This document shows positions 1 to 7,817 of a stretch of DNA of 24,000 nucleotides, one piece after another. The position numbers and the translations under genes are program-made. The DNA lies in NCBI GenBank assembly GCA_045606105.1, contig JAZURI010000003.1, positions 129,647 to 153,646 on the forward strand, in the 5' to 3' direction. Position 1 is the first letter of the stretch, and each line of letters opens with the position of its first letter. The stretch is from Spirochaetia bacterium. Lineage in GTDB: Bacteria; Spirochaetota; Spirochaetia; CADAEX01. The notes under the pieces were generated by a model. It was not told where the DNA came from. It worked only from the letters and a program-made list of their open reading frames with translations, and searched no databases.

Positions 1-22
1 GTTTTCAGATTATGTTGAAGCC

Positions 23-574
23 ATGGAGTCTGCATATGTTCCGGGAAACATCATATCATTCCACGGCTTTGCCTCCACCGGCAAGAACAGGATCGGCAGG
101 GCTGTTGCCGGAAAGCTGGGTATCCCTTTCATAAGGCTGGATGATGAGATAGAGAAGGAAACCGGCCGGGAAATAATTGATATCATCGAGGAGGAGGGGA
201 CAGAGGTTTTTGTCTCCTGTGAAAGAAAAATCCTTGAAAGAATCATTGAAAGGGGAGAACGTGTTGTTCTGTCCTGCGGAAGCGATACCCTTTTCTCTTC
301 GGAAAACAGGGAACTGCTGAAGCGTTATTCCTGTCCTGTATGGCTGGTGGCAAATTCGGAGCTTATACTCAAGAAAAGATTTTTTCTCTCATACAAGCCT
401 GTGGAGGGGGAAAGCATGATAGATGCGGTAAACAGGCTTTATGAAACCAGACGGATAAATTATGCCGGTTTGTCGGAGCTCATTGTCAGGAGCGATATTG
501 CGGATACCGAAAAAACGGCAGAAAAAATTGTAAACGAGCTGTCGGCAATGACCGAAAAATATTCATCACGATAA
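23..574 (+). CDS. Shikimate kinase-like P-loop protein (divergent; the reading frame is open to the window edge, so the true start may be upstream)
   Basis: HGFASTGKNRIGRAVAGKLGIPFIRLDDEIEKETG resembles the shikimate kinase N-terminus (P-loop then DD.IE..TG). EEEGTEVFVSCERKIL matches the usual GE..FR..E..L region, and RRINYAGLSEL matches R..lY...A. The canonical GGG motif is replaced by SCGSDT. Confidence 0.62.
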   Translation: MESAYVPGNIISFHGFASTGKNRIGRAVAGKLGIPFIRLDDEIEKETGREIIDIIEEEGTEVFVSCERKILERIIERGERVVLSCGSDTLFSSENRELLKRYSCPVWLVANSELILKKRFFLSYKPVEGESMIDAVNRLYETRRINYAGLSELIVRSDIADTEKTAEKIVNELSAMTEKYSSR

Positions 575-775
575 TCTCTTACCGTCCAGCAGTCCGAAAA
601 GCTGCCCTCTCCCGCAGTAACGGTTACAGTAGCCCTTTGTTCCCGATACAACGGAAATGATCAGAGGGACAAAGAAGCATACAAGGCCGGCCCATGCAAA
701 AAGTATATTGAAGAATCCCAGAGTCAGGTAAATCAGCGATACAATCCACAGATAATCATACCAATGCTTTTTCAT
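566..775 (-). CDS. Small membrane protein with a C-terminal Cys motif (YCNRYCGRGQLFGLL), associated with the ferredoxin; start taken at internal Met (ORF track 566..844)
   Basis: MKKHWYDYLWIVSLIYLTLGFFNILFAWAGLVCFFVPLIISVVSG is strongly hydrophobic and is followed by CNRYCGRGQLF. The ATG at 775 overlaps the ferredoxin stop in an ATGA arrangement. Confidence 0.55.
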   Translation of the reverse strand: MKKHWYDYLWIVSLIYLTLGFFNILFAWAGLVCFFVPLIISVVSGTKGYCNRYCGRGQLFGLLDGKRLS

Positions 776-978
776 ACTGCTGTCTCCTTCAGGGTAATGA
801 CACCGGCAGGACATTCCAGGGCACAACGGCCGCATCCTATACATTTTTCATGATCTACCTGAGCCATGATCCCTCTGAAAACCTGAATTGCCCCCTTGGG
901 ACAGACTTTCATGCAGCATCCGCAGGCAACACACTCTTTCTGATTTACATAAGCTTTTCTTTTTTTTCTCTCTGCCAT
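772..978 (-). CDS. 2[4Fe-4S] ferredoxin
   Basis: Two CxxCxxCxxxCP-type clusters: CVACGCCMKVCP and CIGCGRCALECP. Confidence 0.93.
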   Translation of the reverse strand: MAERKKRKAYVNQKECVACGCCMKVCPKGAIQVFRGIMAQVDHEKCIGCGRCALECPAGVITLKETAV

Positions 979-1034
979 ATAAGAACAATAACAGGTTTCC
1001 GATTTTTTTCAGTGATATTGTTACAAAGCTTCAA

Positions 1035-1658
1035 TCATTGAAAATGGATGAATATAAGAACTGAAATAAAGTTGAAAAGGAAGTGAGCTACCGTATTTAC
1101 TATAATACTGCCGTATTTCCTGAAAAAATATCCTAAAAGCAGTCCCATGATGAAAATCAGGATAACATTGAAGATACCCTGGTATATGTGTCCGGAGGCA
1201 AAGACCAGGGCGCTTGCTGTCATGGCGGGGACAGAGGATATAATCTTTTCAAAGGACCTGAACATATATGCCCTGAAGAAAAGCTCCTCTGCCAGGCCGG
1301 CAACTATGAACATGGGAATCAGCAGGAGTTCCGTATCTCCGGAAACTTTCATAAAGTCTCCTCCTGTATCGGGAAGAATAAACCGGCCGGCAATACCGGT
1401 CAGGTACAATGTTCCCAAGATTAAGGCAGTTCTTTGAATATCCCTGACCTCAAGAGCTCTGAAACCCATTTCCTTGAGAGTATATTTCTTTATTTTAAAA
1501 ATAAATATGAAAAGAAGAAGCAGCTGTATCGATGCCACTGCAGTTGCTTTTACTGCGTATGAGGCATTGATTTCAAGAACCGAACCCGATTTCATGAACG
1601 GGTTATAAAGAATGAGAAAAATAATGAGGGGTTCTGCTGCCGGTAATATTTTTTTCAT
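1035..1658 (-). CDS. CPBP-family intramembrane metalloprotease (Abi/CAAX-like)
   Basis: Multi-TM protein with EELFFRAYMFRSFEK, ASGHIYQG and NTVAHFLFNF motifs. Confidence 0.85.
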   Translation of the reverse strand: MKKILPAAEPLIIFLILYNPFMKSGSVLEINASYAVKATAVASIQLLLLFIFIFKIKKYTLKEMGFRALEVRDIQRTALILGTLYLTGIAGRFILPDTGGDFMKVSGDTELLLIPMFIVAGLAEELFFRAYMFRSFEKIISSVPAMTASALVFASGHIYQGIFNVILIFIMGLLLGYFFRKYGSIIVNTVAHFLFNFISVLIFIHFQ

Positions 1659-3196
1659 TAAATATCGTATTTCTTATGGGACAACCTGAGCTTGTCGGCA
1701 CCATCCAGCTTAGGAAGGACATTTTCACTTTTATCCTTGAACTTTTCCATTCTGCGGAGAATCTTATCAAGCATCTTGATGGCAGTGACGATATATTTTC
1801 CCTTATTGAGCATTACACAGGAGGCCCGCTGGGAAAGGGCTGCATCGGTTATTTCTGCCCTGGTTGGAACTCCGTCCTTGGCCAATGTCTCCAGAACCTG
1901 GGTTGCCCAGATCAGAGGAATATTGGCCGCTTCCGCAATCCTGATTATCTCCTCCTGGATGGTGGCATAGTTTTTCCAGCCTGTCTCAATGGCAAGATCT
2001 CCCCGTGCCAGCATGATTCCGGCCGGATATATCTTCATTGCGGAAAGGATGATGTCAGGAAGGTTTTCAAAAGCTTTTTCAGTCTCTATTTTTACAATTA
2101 TTCCTGTACTCAGACCCATTTCCTTCAGGTCTGAAATCATTTTGTCCAGTTCCCCGGCACTGTTTACGAAAGAGAGGTTGATGGCATCTATGTTCCAGCT
2201 GTCGCTGTGTCTGATGATGGTTTTTATATCCTGTCTGTCCTTGGCTGTGAAACCTGACATTTCCATGGAGGTGTCGGGAAAGTTTATTCCCTTGTCCGGC
2301 TTGAGCTTGCTTCCTCCGGTCTTGGAGTTTGTTATCCTGATGGTTGCCCTGTCGCAGGAAACCTCTTCTGTTATCCCTTCTATCTTGCCGTCATCGAAAA
2401 AGACCCTTTCTCCCGGCTTCAGGAATCTGAAGATTCTTTTATGGGTACATGAAATGGTTGCCGGCTGAAATCCTTCGGCTGTTTCTGCTGCATTTCTTCC
2501 CGGTTCACTGTTTTTGGAAAGAACAAGAATATCTCCTGTCTTAAGGAGGATGAATTCTCCTTCCACTGAGCCTGTCCTGATTTTAGGGCCTGCGATATCC
2601 ATGATGACAGAGCATTCACGGCCTGTTTTCTCAGAGGCTTTTCTGATGTTTTTTATAATCCTGTCCCAGATACGGCTGTTGTCATGGGCACAGTTTATTC
2701 TGGCACAGTTCATTCCTGCATCCAGCATCTCTTCTATTAAGGTGTTGTCTTCGGCTGCAGCTGCAGGCATTGTAACCATGATCCTGGTTTTTCTCTTTTC
2801 CGGTTTTTTCCTGAAAAGATCCCTTGTCCTTTCTTCTATAAGCTTTGCGCTTTTCCGCGGTGAAAGGAGACTTCCGTCGGGATGGACTGTTTCACGGCCT
2901 GTTATTGTATCGGCAATTTCCTTTACCGAAAGCAGGGTATGCATTACATGGGAATTGACATTGGAAAGGTCTGAAAAACCGAGCTTCAGCATCTTTCTCT
3001 GGAGCTTGTCGATATCAAAGCTTCTGAATGCCAGATAATCGAGAAGGTTAAGGGCGCTGACCCTGAATTTCGGATTTACGGCCTTTACCTCTTTCCTGTA
3101 TTTTCTTTCGGTCTTGTAAGCCTTTGTTATTACTTCGTTGAGCTTGTCTGCTATAAAAAGGACCTTCTGTTCCAGAGGTTTTCTTTCGGTACTCAT
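1658..3196 (-). CDS. Divergent pyruvate kinase-like protein with an N-terminal extension and apparently no C-terminal allosteric domain
   Basis: KTRIMVTMPAAAAEDNTLIEEMLDAGMNCARINCAHD, VIMDIAGPKIRTG, IIVKIETEKAFENLPDI, IMLARGDLAIE, WATQVLETLAKDGVPTRAEITDAA match pyruvate kinase barrel motifs. Confidence 0.8.
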   Translation of the reverse strand: MSTERKPLEQKVLFIADKLNEVITKAYKTERKYRKEVKAVNPKFRVSALNLLDYLAFRSFDIDKLQRKMLKLGFSDLSNVNSHVMHTLLSVKEIADTITGRETVHPDGSLLSPRKSAKLIEERTRDLFRKKPEKRKTRIMVTMPAAAAEDNTLIEEMLDAGMNCARINCAHDNSRIWDRIIKNIRKASEKTGRECSVIMDIAGPKIRTGSVEGEFILLKTGDILVLSKNSEPGRNAAETAEGFQPATISCTHKRIFRFLKPGERVFFDDGKIEGITEEVSCDRATIRITNSKTGGSKLKPDKGINFPDTSMEMSGFTAKDRQDIKTIIRHSDSWNIDAINLSFVNSAGELDKMISDLKEMGLSTGIIVKIETEKAFENLPDIILSAMKIYPAGIMLARGDLAIETGWKNYATIQEEIIRIAEAANIPLIWATQVLETLAKDGVPTRAEITDAALSQRASCVMLNKGKYIVTAIKMLDKILRRMEKFKDKSENVLPKLDGADKLRLSHKKYDI

Positions 3197-3200
3197 GTCT

Positions 3201-4433
3201 TTATGTGAATTTCCTTATGTTTATCTCTTTTCTGAGAGATGCCTGATGGGTAATCACTGCATTTATGAAGCCCATTACAATAATATCAATCATCACGCTG
3301 AAGCTGATGAGCAGGAACATTACAGGCTGTATAGCAAGCCATCCGTTTTCGATTCCGTGACCGTAGGCGGAACAGAGCATGGTTACGGATACTGCGGTTC
3401 CGACTCCAGGAACAGCACCGAGGATGAAGGAAATAAGGAATGTGTTCAGCATGAGAAAAAAGAAGCTCTCATAGGTGATTTCAATTCCTGTATAGGATCT
3501 GATGATGATAATGATGGCAGCACCTGAAACCATGGCTGTACCGCTTCTGCTGAATACAGTCAGGAACCCGATGATAGGGGCACTGGCCTTTCTTTTTGCA
3601 CCTATGTTTTCAAAGGAGCTTTTTACCAGTGTGTTGGCAGCAAAGTAGATATCGCCGGAAAAGAATGCAGCCATTGCAGGGGCAAGCATGGCGTAGACAG
3701 CCTTGAACGGATTTTCAGTTCTTCTGCAGCAGATGAGAAGCCCCAGCGGAATCAGTATGAAAATCACCACTGCCGAAGCAGCCGCCACAGTTATGAAAAG
3801 ATAACTGTAAAGTCCCATCTGGGAGTTGTTCATGACATAGGCGGTCATGGATGCCGAAAGGAAAACTATACCCAGAGGCATGAACTCTATGATGAGGCTG
3901 TTTATATCGTACATTATCCTGGACATGGAATCAAAGATCTGGCTTATAGGTCTGGTATAGAGGTTTGCATAATTCATGCTGAGACCCATGAGTACGGCCA
4001 GAACCAGCACCGGCAGCAGATAGTTGCCCGATGAAGTGAATATCTCAAAGAAATTATCGGGAAATATCATGGCTATATGGGATGCCAGCGAAGGGAGCAC
4101 ATATCTTGTATCGGTTTCTGCAATAAGGGGGATTCTTCCCTGGAAAACAAGAAGTGCGGCAGCTCCGCCCAGAAGAGTCAGGATCAGCGATGAGGCAACG
4201 GTGAAGGATACAGTCTTGATAAAGATTCCCAGAAGCCGTTTTTCAGTCATCAGCTTTGAAACCGAAAAGGCTACGGAAAAGAGAATCATCGGGAAAAATG
4301 TATATTTTCCTATGCACAGGATTATCCTGTGTCCGGTATCAAAAACAACCGGATCGGAGAAGAAATCCTTCATGGTTATCCCCAGGACAGCTCCCACTAC
4401 AGCTCCCAGAAGATATTTTATCCATATTTTCAT
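3201..4433 (-). CDS. Dicarboxylate/amino acid:cation symporter (DAACS/SDF family)
   Basis: Multi-TM protein with LAPAMAAFFSGDIYFAA, FSRSGTAMVSG and PGVGTAVSVTML, resembling SDF-family transport motifs. Confidence 0.8.
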   Translation of the reverse strand: MKIWIKYLLGAVVGAVLGITMKDFFSDPVVFDTGHRIILCIGKYTFFPMILFSVAFSVSKLMTEKRLLGIFIKTVSFTVASSLILTLLGGAAALLVFQGRIPLIAETDTRYVLPSLASHIAMIFPDNFFEIFTSSGNYLLPVLVLAVLMGLSMNYANLYTRPISQIFDSMSRIMYDINSLIIEFMPLGIVFLSASMTAYVMNNSQMGLYSYLFITVAAASAVVIFILIPLGLLICCRRTENPFKAVYAMLAPAMAAFFSGDIYFAANTLVKSSFENIGAKRKASAPIIGFLTVFSRSGTAMVSGAAIIIIIRSYTGIEITYESFFFLMLNTFLISFILGAVPGVGTAVSVTMLCSAYGHGIENGWLAIQPVMFLLISFSVMIDIIVMGFINAVITHQASLRKEINIRKFT

Positions 4434-4489
4434 ATAAAAAATGATAACTTATATTAATTGCATAGTCAATAATAAGGTTTTTTCGAGTC

Positions 4490-4518
4490 TTGAAACTTTC
4501 GTGTAATTTTGTTTTAAT
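4490..4518 (+). promoter_or_regulatory. Candidate sigma70-type promoter for the aspartokinase gene
   Basis: TTGAAA (4490-4495), 17-nt spacer, TTTAAT (4513-4518), in the AT-rich divergent intergenic region upstream of the ATG at 4549; AGGAG lies just before the start. Confidence 0.4.
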
Positions 4519-4548
4519 AAAAAAAATTTTCCACTTCAGGAGATTAAA

Positions 4549-5844
4549 ATGATTGTATGCAAGTTTGGCGGAAGCTCTGTAGCAGATGCCGTACAGATTT
4601 CCAAGACACAGAATATCGTGAAGGGCAATCCTGACAGAAAGATTGTTGTTGTATCGGCTCCCGGCAAAAGGGATAAGGAAGATGACAAGATTACGGATCT
4701 GCTTTATAAATGTCACAATCTTGCAAGCAATGACAAGCCTATAGATTCCGCATGGGAAAAGATCAGGAACCGCTATCTCCAGATTGCGGCAGTTCTCGAT
4801 ATCACATGGGATCTGAAGGAGGAGCTTGATTATATTGAAAACAAGCTTGCCGGAAAATGCAGCTCAGACTATGCAGCAAGCCGCGGGGAATATCTTAATG
4901 CCAAGCTTATCTCACTTTATTTCGGATTTGAGTTCCTGGACAGTGCAGAGGTGATAAGACTGGGGGACAGAGGTGAGATTCTTCCTGAGACCTACGACCT
5001 TATAAGGGAGGCTGTGGATCCTGACAAATATTATGTGGTACCTGGCTTCTACGGACTGGGACCTGACGGAGAGATAAAGACCTTCTCCAGAGGCGGCTCC
5101 GACATTACCGGAAGTATCTATTCAAAGGCCCTTGAAGCGGATATATATGAAAACTGGACCGATGTTTCGGGTATCTATACCACAGACCCTAGAGTTGCAG
5201 AGGCCGCAAGACCTATCGACGACATTACATACAGGGAAATGAGGGAGATGGCATATCTCGGAGCAAACGTGTTCCATGAAGAGGCCATTGCACCGGCCCG
5301 CCAGGCAGACATTTCCATCAATATCAAGAATACAAACGCACCCGGGGACAGAGGAACCTTCATCAATTCCGTCAGGGATGCATCAAAGCAGGCGGTAGCA
5401 GGAATTGCCGGCAAGAGACATTTCCGCCGTATTACTGTTGAAAAATATAAGCTTGAGGACATGCACGAGCTTCATTTTGAGCTCAAGAAGGCACTTGGTG
5501 CTCTCGGTCTTATCATTGCATTCGAGCTTAAGGGAATTGATACCCTCAATTTCTATGTTCAGGATGAAAAGATGATTGACTGGGATTCCTTCGGTGAAAA
5601 GCTCAAGGCTGATCTCGATGTGGAGAAGGTGGTATATTCCGAGGACCTGGCTGTAATCGGAATAATCGGCGAAGGACTTGCCGTTTCATTCTCACATGTG
5701 CTTGAGATTCTCAATGCTGTCGGAAAAGAGGGCATCAACATAGAAAACATCAACTGCGGTGGTTCACCTATTTCTGCCGTTCTTGTTATCCGTGACGAGG
5801 ACTATGTAAAGGCAATGAATGTCATTGCTTCCGTTATTGCCTGA
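4549..5844 (+). CDS. lysC: Aspartokinase
   Basis: MIVCKFGGSSVADAVQI, KIVVVSAPGKR, GFYGLGPDGEIKTFSRGGSDITGSIYSKALEADIYENWTDVSGIYTTDPR, plus a C-terminal ACT region. Confidence 0.93.
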   Translation: MIVCKFGGSSVADAVQISKTQNIVKGNPDRKIVVVSAPGKRDKEDDKITDLLYKCHNLASNDKPIDSAWEKIRNRYLQIAAVLDITWDLKEELDYIENKLAGKCSSDYAASRGEYLNAKLISLYFGFEFLDSAEVIRLGDRGEILPETYDLIREAVDPDKYYVVPGFYGLGPDGEIKTFSRGGSDITGSIYSKALEADIYENWTDVSGIYTTDPRVAEAARPIDDITYREMREMAYLGANVFHEEAIAPARQADISINIKNTNAPGDRGTFINSVRDASKQAVAGIAGKRHFRRITVEKYKLEDMHELHFELKKALGALGLIIAFELKGIDTLNFYVQDEKMIDWDSFGEKLKADLDVEKVVYSEDLAVIGIIGEGLAVSFSHVLEILNAVGKEGINIENINCGGSPISAVLVIRDEDYVKAMNVIASVIA

Positions 5845-5851
5845 ACCTGAT

Positions 5852-7096
5852 ATGAAAAAAACAGCTGCAGCCATACTGTTTCTGCTCATGCTTGCGGTTT
5901 TTCCCACATGGGGGGACGGTATCATGCCGCCTGAGCCGGTGCTCAACTGCAGGGCTGCTGTCCTTATGGACTATGATACGGGGACAGTGCTTTTCAGCAA
6001 GAACCCCTCGGCTGAAATTCCCCCGGCCTCAATGACAAAACTCATGACCTCCTTTCTCCTTTTCGAAAAAATAGAGAGGGGAGAGCTTTCACTTGATGAT
6101 ATCTATACCGTTTCCGAAAAGGCCGATTTCAAGAATGCACCACCCAGGTCGTCACTGCTTTTTCTGGAACGGGGACAGAGGTTGACAATAAAGGAGCTGG
6201 TTACAGGGCTTCTTGTGGTTTCCGGCAATGATGCGGCCACGGCAGTGGCAGAGCTGGTTGCAGGGGGACGGGAGGAGTGTGTCGCCCTGATGAACAAACG
6301 GGCCGCGGAGCTTGGGTTTCCTTCCTTTCATTTTGAGGATGTATCCGGGTACGACAGCCGCAACAAGGTCAATCCCCTTGATTTCTGCCGTTTCTGCAGG
6401 CTCTACATAAAAACCTGCTACGATTATTTTGCCGACATAGTGGGAATCGAAACATTGGGATATCCCGAAAGAAAGCATCTGGCAGGGACCAAGCCTACCT
6501 ACGGAAAAATTGTCCAGAACAATTCCAACGAGCTGATAGGGCGGTACGACGGAGTCGATGGCATTAAAACAGGTTATATAGATGAATCCGGCTATAATGT
6601 GGCCCTGACAGCCCGGAGGGACGGAATGAGGCTTGTGGCCGTGATAATGGGAATCGATGCCTCCAAACCTTCGGAGGGAAAGCTTCTCAGGGGAATAGAC
6701 GGATCTGCCCTGATTACCTATGGCTTCAGCACTTTCAGAACCTTCAGACCGGCTATGGGTGAAAAGCTTGAGATTCCGGTTTATCACTGCAGCAGCAAAA
6801 AAGCGGAAATAGTTCCGGTAATAGATACACCTGTCACTGTCCCTTACAGCCGTCTCGGAGAGCTGGTTTTCAATGTGAGCATGAAACAGGATATGAAGGG
6901 GGAAATGGCTGCGGGGACAGAGGTTGGCCGCTATACCCTGACTCTCGGGGACAGAGGTTTGGCAGAAGGTCCCATGGTTCTCAGTGAAGGGACAGAAAAA
7001 TGTTCACCTTTGCAGAATATCCCCGAATTCTTCCGCTTCCTGTTTAAAAAGTCAGTTGCAGAAAGGAAAATATCTGCTATAATATCACAGTTATGA
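5852..7096 (+). CDS. Serine-type D-Ala-D-Ala carboxypeptidase (peptidase S11, DacA/DacF-like); start taken at MKKTAA (ORF track begins 5819)
   Basis: Signal peptide, PPASMTKLMT (SxxK), SGNDA (SxN), VDGIKTGYIDESGYN (KTG). Confidence 0.92.
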   Translation: MKKTAAAILFLLMLAVFPTWGDGIMPPEPVLNCRAAVLMDYDTGTVLFSKNPSAEIPPASMTKLMTSFLLFEKIERGELSLDDIYTVSEKADFKNAPPRSSLLFLERGQRLTIKELVTGLLVVSGNDAATAVAELVAGGREECVALMNKRAAELGFPSFHFEDVSGYDSRNKVNPLDFCRFCRLYIKTCYDYFADIVGIETLGYPERKHLAGTKPTYGKIVQNNSNELIGRYDGVDGIKTGYIDESGYNVALTARRDGMRLVAVIMGIDASKPSEGKLLRGIDGSALITYGFSTFRTFRPAMGEKLEIPVYHCSSKKAEIVPVIDTPVTVPYSRLGELVFNVSMKQDMKGEMAAGTEVGRYTLTLGDRGLAEGPMVLSEGTEKCSPLQNIPEFFRFLFKKSVAERKISAIISQL

Positions 7097-7347
7097 CACG
7101 GGAAGATTTTATTTTTACGATAGGTTTTGACGGAGACGGTCCTGTAGTTGACAAGCTGAATGCAAAAAAATTCGGAAAACTGGGGACAGAGGATTTATTC
7201 AGGGAAGGTTTTTACAAGTCGGCAGTATGCTCTGCGGTCTTTTCAGGCAGTGAAGCGCAGGAAAAGCTGATTCTTGATCTCTACAATGAAAAATCGGACA
7301 GAAAGGTAGGTTCCTTTGCCGAACTGAAGGCTGTTTTCGGAGTCTGA
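7093..7347 (+). CDS. 84-aa conserved-looking hypothetical protein, translationally coupled to the S11 peptidase gene
   Basis: ATGA overlap with the upstream stop; compact ORF MTREDFIFTIGFDGDGPVVDKLNAKKFGKLG... with no recognised domain. Confidence 0.6.
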   Translation: MTREDFIFTIGFDGDGPVVDKLNAKKFGKLGTEDLFREGFYKSAVCSAVFSGSEAQEKLILDLYNEKSDRKVGSFAELKAVFGV

Positions 7348-7422
7348 ACTTTCTTTATTGACTAGAGACTTATTTAGTGATAATTATTATAAGATAATTA
7401 ATTTTTTCTTAAAGGAAACAAC

Positions 7423-7797
7423 ATGAACAGTATTCTTATGGACATGCCTGTACTTCAGGGCGCAGGAAACGGACTTACAACTTTGTTCACCTTTGGTGGT
7501 GTAATCCTCATTTTCTACTTCTTTATTATTCGTCCTCAGAACAAGAAGAATAAAGAGACACAGAAGATGCTGGCCGGACTCAAAAAATTTGACAAGGTTG
7601 TAACAATCGGCGGTATCAGAGGGGTTGTACAGACAGTCAAGGAGCAGAGTGTTATTGTCAAGGTTGACGATAATGCAAAGATTGAGTTCACAAAGGGTGC
7701 AATTGCACAGGTTCTTGAAAGTCACGAGGCAAAACTTGACGGTGACGGAAAAGAGATCGAAAGCGACAAAGAAAAAAATAAAAAAGAAGATAAATAA
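7423..7797 (+). CDS. yajC: Preprotein translocase subunit YajC
   Basis: Single TM, then FIIRPQNKKNKETQKMLAGLKKFDKVVTIGGIRGVVQTV; immediately upstream of secD. Confidence 0.93.
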   Translation: MNSILMDMPVLQGAGNGLTTLFTFGGVILIFYFFIIRPQNKKNKETQKMLAGLKKFDKVVTIGGIRGVVQTVKEQSVIVKVDDNAKIEFTKGAIAQVLESHEAKLDGDGKEIESDKEKNKKEDK

Positions 7798-7817
7798 AAC
7801 ACCGGAGAAATGATTTT

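Noticed and set aside
5884-6240. GGGGGACGG-type words at about 5891 and 6233 as further motif copies
   Set aside because: They diverge after GGGGAC, so I did not count them as instances of GGGGACAGAGG.
7381-7400. TAATTAT-tataag-ATAATTA inverted repeat upstream of yajC
   Set aside because: AT-only arms in an AT-rich intergenic region; likely chance or promoter composition, with no supporting second instance.
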